Under the pieces are notes generated by a model. The model saw nothing but the letters and a program-made list of their open reading frames with translations. It ran no database searches and had not been told where the DNA came from. Shown here one piece after another: positions 9,624-19,600 of a DNA stretch of 64,000 nt. The translations under genes were made by a program, and so were the position numbers. Each line of letters opens with the position of its first letter. Within the stretch, counting starts at the first letter, position 1. Location of the stretch: contig CM082586.2 in assembly GCA_040954595.2 (NCBI GenBank), forward strand, positions 11,067,337 to 11,131,336. The letters run 5' to 3'. The DNA comes from Balanoglossus misakiensis. Its lineage: Eukaryota; Animalia; Hemichordata.

Positions 9624-10957
9624 TATAAAATTCGTACAGCATACAAGGGAACATTCCTGTCGATGAGCTTGTTAATCAGTTTAAAGTGATTAACTCTGTC
9701 AAAAGCTTTTGAAGCATCCAGAAAACAAGTAAACACTGGTCTTCCATTGCTGGTGTAGTAGCTAATGATTTCTTTAAATGCAAATAAACACAGGTCAGTT
9801 GAATGTTCTCGCTTGAAACCAAATTGTAAATAATGAGAGGTAAGAAACTCCTCACAACGAGAAAGTAAAATAGGCTCAAAAACTTTAGAGAAAACAGTTG
9901 CTAGTGCTATCGGCCGGTAGTTACTGGCATCACTACAAAGCTTAGTTTTATCCTTAATTGGAACTAAAATAACTTTGATAGCCTCAGTTTGCAGGTAACC
10001 ATGAACAATCAAGTCAAAATGGGTAAAATAGAGGAGTCTGAGAATTTGAGGTGCTCAGCTGAAATATTGTCAATGCCAGCTGTCTTATCGTCAGGTAACT
10101 TATGTATAGCAGAAATTACTTCTTCTTCAGAAACATACATATCAGAAGAAAATTTAACATACTTCATTTTCTCCTCGATGTCATTTTTACCAGTCTGAGC
10201 CTGGACAGAATTCAAAATATCACTGAAATGCTTGTGCCACATAATTGCAATTTCACTCTCACCAGTCGCTCCACCTACAGTGTCAGAAAGCGGCATTTTT
10301 CTGCTAGTTTGCTTTCTGACTTCCTTCCAGAAGTCGTTCTGTTTGTGGCAGCGTAAATTGTCAGCCATCTTGTCAGCCCTATTTTGATTCTCAATCTTTT
10401 TACAAGCACGTAAAGCATACTTAAAACGAGCTCTGGAAGATTTCATGGTTTCAAAAAGCGGGCCTTGTTAAGGTTTACCCCCATTAACCCATAATAAAAA
10501 CATGGAACGGGCATAGTCGTGACTTTCTTTTACAAAATCGTTCCAGCCATGCACAACATGAACTTTCTGGTGAAACTTACGCCTAATGGTATCTTTTGCA
10601 GCACAATTCAATGCGTCCACAACACTACTATAACAAGTATCAATTGCCTGTAAATGCGAAGGGTATGTACAGTTCACATTAGTGCAGAATAACTCTTCGG
10701 ATATATTAATCTTATCAACCTTGGCTTTGGTACAACGGGTGTAGGCGGATATATTCTGCTGTGACAATTTTTTCCAATCAACTCGAAAATTACATTGCTT
10801 GAAGGAACTACTGCTGAAGCATTCATCAGCAGAAGTGTTGAAATGAACCTCTATTGAAACAGGAATATGGTCGGAGTCAACAACATTGCAAAGACTCGAA
10901 ATTGAAAGAACATTGCTATAAAAAATTTTAGTGGTAACACAGTGGTCAATCCAAACT
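9620..10957 (-). mobile_element. Same LINE ORF2: end of APE endonuclease, linker and proximal RT, degenerate
   Basis: WIDHCVTT...DSDHIP (endonuclease C-terminus, ~10860-10955), GWNDFVKESH..AR..F.LW...GKP, MKSSRARFKYALRACK, NYRPIALATVFSKVFE..QFGFK..ST..FLDASKAFDRV. Split by stops and frameshifts across ORFs 10468-10767, 10009-10446 and 9620-10012. Confidence 0.9.
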
Positions 10958-10987
10958 CAGCGTAATTCAATAAAACGCCCTAACACA

Positions 10988-11151
10988 GCCTGAACTCCGA
11001 TAATGTGTTGTCCCAAAATTCATTCCGTGGAAAATAATCACTGGTCTGTTTACGTATTTCAGCCGATTTTCCAAGGACTACTGCAACCCGCCAGAAGTGA
11101 GTAGCCTGCTAATGAGATCTCCACAACATTACGTAATGACGGTCAAAGTCC
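10988..11151 (+). repeat. Internal direct repeat unit 2 of the Helentron-like element
   Basis: Diverged collinear copy of 8258-8416. Confidence 0.75.
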
Positions 11152-12280
11152 GATGCCCCAGTGTCCGTCCTCAGCCCACCAAAAAATGCGAAAAAATATT
11201 ACAAAAATCTTCTTCTCAAAATCGACGTGGCCTAGGACCTTGAAATTTGGCACAGGGGATTTTGGCCACATGGTCTACAAAAATCGCGAAAAGAATGTAC
11301 ATGCCCCCATTAACGTGCAAATTAGGTCAATTTGAAAATTTCGCTCGATTATAGCCACAAAGTCACGTGACTAATTACAAATTCAAAGGGCAGGTGCACC
11401 AGTACTCATGGGCCCCAACCACCGTGCCAAATTTGGAGGCGCACCTGCCGGAATTTCAGAGAAAAACGGGCGCAAAAAAACGACTCAAGAAGAAAGAAGA
11501 CAAACTCCAGCAATAACAGAAGGGGACCAAGCGCCTGAGGGCTCTTGGTCCCCTAAATATGGGACTAAACTTGACAGATACCCGGAATATTTTCCTATTT
11601 AGGATACCTGGTTGCATTTCCACCTAAAGGCGTCCTATTGGCGTGGAAATTTTATAACTTGAAATCGTTTGACTGGGTGATAGGTATTAATATCTTATGA
11701 TGTTATAAAACACTTGGCTCGCCAAAGGTAAGGACCGATTATAGCGTCAGTCGTGTCATAAAATCTATATGAACGTCATGGGTCAATAAACTTGATGGTC
11801 CAATAAAATTTAATGGTTCGTAAAACTATTGTGTCCAATGTCTGCAGAGTATACTGGCTGCAACATGTGTATGAGTCAGGATTAACGGCTGTAGCCATCA
11901 ACCCAAAAGGTGAACGTCCTATTCTCACTAACTTAAATAGGTTTTGCGACCTAGTTGAGTGATAAAAACCTTATGATAAAGTCGACACAATTTCAAGATG
12001 ACGATGTGCAAATGAGAGTTCATAAGCTAAAGTAAAGTTCAATGAATTCTATACAAAGTTCAAAAAAGATTTTTTACTAAAGGAAGACATGAACAAACTG
12101 ATATCGTCTCTTCATATTCGTACATGTCCAACTGTTGTGATTTGACCCCCCCCCCCATGGTACATGAACCTATTACTTAGTACACACTTAAACAATTGGC
12201 ATTTGAAGTGCCTTGCTTGACAGTGTTTAATGCGGTGGTCAGCCGCGTTTATCTCTCGCCACTTCATGCATCATGTCGCC

Positions 12281-12604
12281 TTAAAGGGACAAACTCTCTC
12301 TCTCGTCGCCCTTTTCTATTAATTATGTTTGATACAAGACACCGTTTATATTAATGGGCATGTGTATATGTAGTGAATGAACGTTCAACCACACACAACT
12401 TCCATCCTGCTTGTATGATATGAGAGTAAAAACTCGCCCAAAATGAATTAATGGTAGAGACCGATTTTTCAGTTTTGCGAGTTTTCGCTCTCGTGTCTAC
12501 ATGCGGGATAGAAGGTGTGTGCGGTTGAACGTTGCATCACTATATATCCACATTTACATTAATATAAACGGTGTTTTGTATCAAACATGGAAAAGGGCAG
12601 CGAG
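12281..12604. mobile_element. Palindromic Kolobok-type MITE, family B copy 1 (right terminus missing)
   Basis: Starts TTAA-AGGGACAAA. Long imperfect self-inverted arms (TGTTTGATACAAGACACCGTTTATATTAATG vs CATTAATATAAACGGTGTTTTGTATCAAACA; AACGTTCAACC vs GGTTGAACGTT). It abuts family A copy 3 at 12605. Confidence 0.8.
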
Positions 12605-12972
12605 TTAAGGATGTACGATCAGTAAAATTGAAAGCATTGTCATTTCTTTTAATCGTGAATTTTCGTTTCTGATTTGTATGTATAATGAAAATCCATTTTG
12701 GGTCACTGCACTTGTTTTCGACTTTAAACAAGGCCGTGAATTTAGTCGACAATTGAAGAAAACTGCTAACGGTCAGCATTTTCTACCAATGGTTTGTCTA
12801 TGGATACAATATTGAACAAAGTTTATCTCAAAATAGAGCGTGATGAATTTATTTTGATTTGTCGGAGCTATGTGTAAAATTTCATGAAAATGACAATAGT
12901 AGAAGTGAGTTTTCTAACTATTCTCCATGTACTCCTATGGGAAGAGACACAGGCGCACAGTTTACCAGTTGA
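12605..12972 (-). mobile_element. Kolobok-type family A copy 3
   Basis: Begins TTAA-GGATGTAC. Its reverse complement aligns to ~2950-3340 and it aligns directly to ~3500-3840. Confidence 0.65.
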
Positions 12973-13240
12973 CGACCTCTAAAGAGTAAACGGGGGGGGG
13001 GGGGGGATGATGAAAGGTTTAAGACTTACAGATCACAACTTAAAGAGCCATTCAGAAAGAGGCTTAGAGTGGAGTATCAAATCGGACGATACCACTGACT
13101 GGTGGAGGAAGACAAAATAAGCAAACTGAGTAGATGAGTGCTCAGATTTCTTCAGAGGACCAAACGTTTCAAAGAATTATACGTGACAATCCATGCCTGG
13201 TCCGTCAGTAGATATAAACAGAACATTGTGGCTGTATTCA

Positions 13241-13539
13241 TTAAAGGGACAAAGTCTCTCTCTCGCTGCCCTTTTTCCATTAATTATGTTTGATACAAGA
13301 CTGCGTTTATATTATTCTACATGTGGATATAGTGAATCAACGTTCAACCATACACACCTTCCACCCCGCTTGTATAGACACGAGAGTTTTAAAAAGTAGC
13401 CAAAATGAATAAACGGTCTCTACCATTTATTCATTTCGGGCGAGTTTTTACTCTCGTATCATACAAGCCGGATGGAAGTTGTGTGTGGTTGAACGTTCAT
13501 TCACTAACATAAACGGTGTCTTGTATCATGTCCCTTTAA
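13241..13539. mobile_element. Palindromic Kolobok-type MITE, family B copy 2 (both termini present)
   Basis: TTAA-AGGGACA ... TGTCCCT-TTAA with long foldback arms. Homologous to 12281-12604, with the central core inverted (CGGTCTCTACC vs GGTAGAGACCG). Confidence 0.85.
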
Positions 13540-13885
13540 CACTTTTGAAGCATTTTACTAATGCTAACATGACTAGACCAATTGAATGATGTTACATTGC
13601 AGGTTATCAACTCAGAGGGGCGTCTTGTTATAAAGCGGTACCTGACAAACAATCAGCTGGCAACGCTGAAAATACCTGTCAGTCGTAAGTATGAAAGTAT
13701 ACATCATTTGAGTAGAATTTTACGGGAGTTCCTAACAAGGCTTGGACATGTCACGCACAAATACAAAGGGCGCGTATAAAGACAGACAAAACCTCGCTCA
13801 GTGTGAGGTGTTCAGCGATTGCATCTGATAAGTCGAAAATGCTTGATCACGTGTCATGTTCAGTTGGGAAATTGGATATGTCTCA

Positions 13886-14155
13886 GGCCAAAAAAACTAA
13901 TATGTGCTATTCCGATTACATGGTTTTCAAAAATATTGTAGGTAGAAAGGGACATTTTTTTATTTTTCAATTTTTTTTATATCTTTGGCCGTCGTAGTGT
14001 AGAAGAATGACATCATAGTTCTTGCGTGATTCTCGCAATTTTCATGAATTGTTTTATATTTGACATCGTTATTTTTACTTCCGGTTTGCGAAGATCTAAA
14101 CTGTTTTGGGTCGGCGGGCTAAAATTAGGGTAGTTCGGGTAATCGTTATGACATT
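13886..14155. mobile_element. Possible decayed Zator-like MITE
   Basis: Starts GGCCAAAAAAA..TTCCGATTAC. Near the other end GGGTCGGCGGG..AAATTAGGGTAGTTCGGGTAATCG is a partial inverse. The terminal TTTTGGCC is missing. Call rests on recalled end patterns only. Confidence 0.3.
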
Positions 14156-14324
14156 GGGAGCTACGGCTGCAAAGCCATGTGTCTCGTGCGAAAAGGGCCC
14201 TTAACCTTTTGCAATATTTAACAGCAAACAACAGACAGTTTTGAGAATAAAAGGTTTCCGTCGTGTCTGACTTTCATATCGCATTAATAGCATATCCCTA
14301 ATTTTAAAGAAATTAGGAGAGACA

Positions 14325-14550
14325 GAGTGAAACAGGCAGAGTGGCAGACAGACACAAGCAGACAGACAGAGCAACATTCATCAGTAGAGACACTCACCGG
14401 TCGCTCGCTCGCTCGCTCACTCTCTCTCTCAGAGAGAGGGGGCAGACAGTCAGACAGACAGACGTTGACAGACAGTCAGTAAGTCAGTCAGCCAGTTAAT
14501 CAGTCAGTCAGACGTCAAAGACACAGTGACACAAACACAGCGAGGGAGAC
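14325..14550. repeat. Compound microsatellite / low-complexity tract: (GACA)n, (TCGC)n, (CT)n/(GA)n, (CAGT)n
   Basis: Directly visible, e.g. TCGCTCGCTCGCTCGCTCACTCTCTCTCTCAGAGAGAG and CAGACAGACAGAC. Confidence 0.8.
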
Positions 14551-16659
14551 AAAAGGACCTTTCATGCTTAAACCCCTCTTCTTCTGTTATAAACTTTGAA
14601 AACCGTTCGTTTTCAGATTGCAGATTGCTCGAATAACGCGGCACACTGCCGAAACAATAAAACAAATACTAGTGGGAGCTCATAAAATAAAATCGCTCAA
14701 CCATTCCGTCGTCCTGAGTGACCTCAGCCACATTAATTCCGACGTCTTTTTAGGGTCATGAAAAAAGTCACAAATAAGGTATTTCCCCTAGGTCCACCTG
14801 AAGCAAAAAGTTTTCGTTTCGACTCCATCATTCCGAATAGTAAGAAAGCAACAAAATTGAAAAGACAGATGTAAAATGCAATCTCTCTCACGTGGTAACG
14901 TTTGTAACTATGGCAATCACGGTACGTGTTCAGTACACAGACAGGGAGAAAAGTTTCCCCATGCAATACATGTGTTCAGTAAGGTTTGACCTTGGTTTTA
15001 CTTTGTACCATGATCGCCGCTTTCTAAGCATGGATGAACGACGGCGGTCAGACCCAATCGAACCCTTTCATGTCAGATGACCACGGTATCTCCAGTGTGA
15101 GATGACATTTGACAAACCATTTGATTTCAACAAAATCTTCGCGTCGTCAACGCGTCGCATACCAGTCGCATATCGGTATTTACCCAATCATAAAAGTTGG
15201 AAATTCGGGAGACTCGATCTGCAACCAAGTTGAGAGTAAATTTTGACGTTTGACTATTGGCAAGTAAACAGGTTACACAATGACTTGTCGGTTTTTCCTC
15301 CGTCATGGTCGTTCTTGACCCAAGTGTCCTTCCTTGACATTTAGACACACCTTGCGGTATGACCTTGGTGGTCATGTGCAATTAGTTTTCTTGTATAAGA
15401 CGCTTTTCATGCCGGGGTAGACGACTTGTGCGTGGATCATCAACATTTCAGTGATATTTAAAGTTTTAGCAATATTGAGAAAACAGGTAGTGAGGTGTCA
15501 AATGCATATCAATGTACGAAAATTAGGTCAAGCCACCCGACAGCAACCGCTTTCACACAGTGTCGGACGTTGCACGGAATGTGAAACGTTACACTGCTTC
15601 GGCCGTTCACATGCACCTGGGCGTGGTTTTGGTCAAACGCCCCCACTTACTTTGGGCGTTTTCAATGGTAAATGTGTCGTATTGATCGAAACCTTGCCGT
15701 AAACACATTTTTTTTGCTGAATCAACATTCAGAGTTCAGCCGTCTAGTTAACGAAGTATTGAAATAAGCCACTTGTTCATCATTTTTTGTCTGTCAAACG
15801 TGTTTATTCGGACAGGGACCGGCCGCCAATGAGTGGTTTAGGGAGCCCACACGTACACTCTGGTACCTGGACAATTAACAAAGACATGACGTGTGTACCG
15901 TCCGGTTCGAAAAGATTGGTTTAAGGTAGTCCTGGTAACAGTCATCCTAACGAGGCCAGGGGAGGTCTCCAAGGGCGAAATAAACAAAGCTACCGATGAC
16001 GAGTCGAATTCGAATCGGACGATGCTTGTTTTCGACTTTGCAAAATCTCAAAATTTCGTCGTTTTTTGAAAAAAAATCATGGGTGAAAATGCATCAAAAA
16101 ATGAGAAATTTTCGACTTTGCAAAATCTCAAAATTTCGTCAATTTTGAAAAAAATCATGGGTGAAAATCATCAAAAAATGACAAATTTTCGACTTTGCAA
16201 AATCTCAAAATTTCGTCGATTTTTGAAAAAAATCATGGGTGAAAATCATCAAAAAAATGACAAATTTTCGACTTTGCAAAATCTCAAAATTTTGTTGATT
16301 TTTGAAAAAAATCATAGGTGAAAATCATCAAAAAATGACAAATTTTCGACTTTGCAAAATCTCAAAATTTCGTCGATTTTTGAAGAAAATCATGGGTGAA
16401 AATCATCAAAAAATGACAAATTTTCGACTTTGCAAAATCTCAAAATTTTTTCGATTTTTGAAAAAAGACATGGGTGAAAATCATCAAAAAATGACAAATT
16501 TTCGACTTTGCAAAATCTCAAAATTTCGTCGATTTTTGAAAAAAATCATGGGGGAAAATCATGAAAAAAATGACAAATTTTCCTCTTTGCAAAATCTCAA
16601 AATTTCGTCGATTTTTAAAAAAAGACATGGGTGAAAATCATCAAAAAATAACAAATTTT

Positions 16660-19600
16660 CGACTTTGCAAAATCTCAAAATTTCGTCCATTTTTGAAAAA
16701 AAATCATGGGTAAAAATCATCAAAAAATGACACATTTTCGACTTTGCAAAATCTCAAAATTTCGTCGATTTTTGAAAAAAAATCATGGGTGAAAATCATC
16801 AAAAAATGACAAATTTTCGTCTTTGCAAAATCTCAAAATTTCGTCCATTTCTGAAAAAAAATTATGGGTAAAAATCATCAAAAATGACAAATTTTCATCT
16901 TTGCAAAATCTCAAATTTTCGTCGATTTTTGAAAAAAAATCATGGTTGAAAATCATCAAAAAATGACAAAATTTTCGACTTTGCAAAATCTCAAAATTTC
17001 GTCGATTTTTGAAAAAAATCATGGGGGAAAATCATGAAAAAATGACAAATTTTCCTCTTTGCAAAATCTTAAAATTTCGTCGATTTTTGAAAAAAAATCA
17101 TGGGTGAAAATCATCAAAAAATGACAAATTTTCGTCTTTGCAAAATCTCAAAATTTCGTCCATTTTTGAAAAAAATCATGGGTGAAAATCATCAAAAAAT
17201 GACAAATTTTCGACTTTGCAAAATCTCAACATTTCGTCAATTTTTGAAAAAATCATGGGTGAAAATCATCAAAAAATGACAAATTTTCGACTTTGCAAAA
17301 TCTCAAAATTTCGTCGATTTTTGAAAAAAATCATGGGGGAAAATCATGAAAAAATGACAAATTTTCCTCTCTGCAAAATCTCAAAATTTCGTCGATTTTT
17401 GAAAAAAAATCATGGGTGAAAATCATCAAAAAATGACAAATTTTCGTCTTTGCAAAATCTCAAAATTTCGTCCATTTTTGAAAAAAAATCATGGGTAAAA
17501 ATCATCAAAAATGACAAATTTTCGTCTTTGCAAAATCTCAAATTTTCGTCGATTTTTGAAAAAAAATCATGGTTGAAAATCATCAAAAAATGACAAAATT
17601 TTCGACTTTGTAAAATCACAAAATTTCGTCGATTTTGAAAAAAATCATAGGTTCGTCGATTTTTAAAAAAAAAACATGGGTGAAAATCATCAAAAAATGA
17701 CACATTTTCCTCTGCAAAATCTCAAAATTTCGTCGTTTTTTGAAAAAAAATCATTGGTGAAAATCATCAAAAAATGACAAATTTTCGTCTTTGCAAAATC
17801 TCAAATTTTCGTCGATTTTTGAAAAAAATCATGGGTGAAAATCATGAAAAAATGACAAATTTTCCTCTTTGCAAAATCTCAAAATTTCGTCGATTTTTGA
17901 AAAAAATCATGGGTGAAAATCATGAAAAAATGACAAATTTTCCTCTTTGCAAAATCTCAAAATTTCGTCGTTTTTTGAAAAAAATCATGTGTGAAAATCA
18001 TCAAAAAATGACAAATTTTGAAAAAAAAAAACTGGTGAAAATCATCAAAAAATGACACATTTACGACTTTGCAAAATCTCAAAATTTCGTCGATTTTTGA
18101 AAAAAAATCATGGGTGAAAATCATGAAAAAATGACAAATTTTGAAAAAAAAACGGGTGAAAATCATCAAAAAATGACACATTTTCGTCGACTTTGCAAAA
18201 TCTCAAAATTTCGTCGATTTTTGAAAAAAATCATGGGGGAAAATCATGAAAAAATGACAAATTTTCCTCTGCAAAATCTCAAAATTTCGTCGATTTTTAA
18301 AAAAAGACATGGGTGAAAATCATCAAAAAATAACAAATTTTCGACTTTGCAAAATCTCAAAATTTCGTCCATTTTTGAAAAAAAATCATGGGTAAAAATC
18401 ATCAAAAAATGACAAATTTTCGTCTTTGCAAAATCTCACAATTTCGTCGATTTTTGAAAAAAATCATGTGTGAAAATCATCAAAAAATGACAAATTTTCG
18501 ACTTTGCAAAATCTCAAAATTTCGTCAATTTTTGAAAAAATCATGGGTGAAAATCATCAAAAAATGACAAATTTTCGTCTTTGCAAAATCTCAAAATTTC
18601 GTCCATTTTCGACTTTGCAAAATCTCAAAATTTCGTCCATTTCTGAAAAAAAATTATGGGTAAAAATCATCAAAAATGACAAATTTTCATCTTTGCAAAA
18701 TCTCAAATTTTCGTCGATTTTTGAAAAAAAATCATGGTTGAAAATCATCAAAAAATGACAAATTTTCGACTTTGCAAAATCTCAAAATTTCGTCCATTTT
18801 TGAAAAAAAATCATGGGTAAAAATCATCAAAAAATGACACATTTTCGACTTTGCAAAATCTCAAAATTTCGTCGATTTTTGAAAAAAAATCATGGGTGAA
18901 AATCATCAAAAAATGACAAATTTTCGTCTTTGCAAAATCTCAAAATTTCGTCCATTTCTGAAAAAAAATTATGGGTAAAAATCATCAAAAATGACAAATT
19001 TTCATCTTTGCAAAATCTCAAATTTTCGTCGATTTTTGAAAAAAAATCATGGTTGAAAATCATCAAAAAATGACAAAATTTTCGACTTTGCAAAATCTCA
19101 AAATTTCGTCGATTTTTGAAAAAAATCATGGGGGAAAATCATGAAAAAATGACAAATTTTCCTCTTTGCAAAATCTTAAAATTTCGTCGATTTTTGAAAA
19201 AAAATCATGGGTGAAAATCATCAAAAAATGACAAATTTTCGTCTTTGCAAAATCTCAAAATTTCGTCCATTTTTGAAAAAAATCATGGGTGAAAATCATC
19301 AAAAAATGACAAATTTTCGACTTTGCAAAATCTCAAATTTTCGTCGATTTTTGAAAAAAAATCATGGTTGAAAATCATCAAAAAATGACAAAATTTTCGA
19401 CTTTGTAAAATCACAAAATTTCGTCGATTTTGAAAAAAATCATAGGTTCGTCGATTTTTAAAAAAAAAACATGGGTGAAAATCATCAAAAAATGACACAT
19501 TTTCCTCTGCAAAATCTCAAAATTTCGTCGTTTTTTGAAAAAAAATCATTGGTGAAAATCATCAAAAAATGACAAATTTTCGTCTTTGCAAAATCTCAAA

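Larger units (their letters stand above)
6137..11556 (-). mobile_element. Non-autonomous Helentron/HINE-like (Helitron group) element carrying nested insertions
   Basis: Left end AATTAAA-GCTGC-AA-GCAGC (short hairpin 6144-6155) and subterminal GGGCCCAAGCA (6163-6173), next to an (AAT)n tract. Right end palindrome AGGGGACCAAG...CTTGGTCCCCT (11521-11554) contains a 9/11 match to that subterminal repeat. Internal ~160-bp direct repeats and a TTGAAATTTGGCACA-type internal motif are present. No TSD. This fits the Helentron/HINE architecture. That both ends belong to one element is inference. Confidence 0.65.

Noticed and set aside
11560-12280. Continuation of the hAT transposase after the Helentron (acceptor-like TTTTCCTATTTAG at ~11602)
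   Set aside because: No frame gives the expected HCxxHxLxL motif or another hAT motif.
12992-13006. Poly-G/poly-C runs (also ~4787, ~7882, ~12146) as G-quadruplex or telomeric signals
   Set aside because: These are isolated homopolymers with no telomeric repeat unit. They are common in such genomes and their length is error-prone.
13120-13175. Penelope/hammerhead-like CTGAAGA and GAAACG motifs on the minus strand
   Set aside because: The motifs are in the wrong order and spacing for a hammerhead, and there is no Penelope RT/GIY-YIG sequence nearby.
15945-16024. Hammerhead-ribozyme-like cores (CTAACGA..GGCGAAA and ATGACGAGTC..GACGAT) next to the satellite
   Set aside because: Both deviate from the invariant CUGANGA/GAAA core, and I could not build stems I and III with a UH cleavage site. 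An Infernal search with Rfam hammerhead models would settle it.
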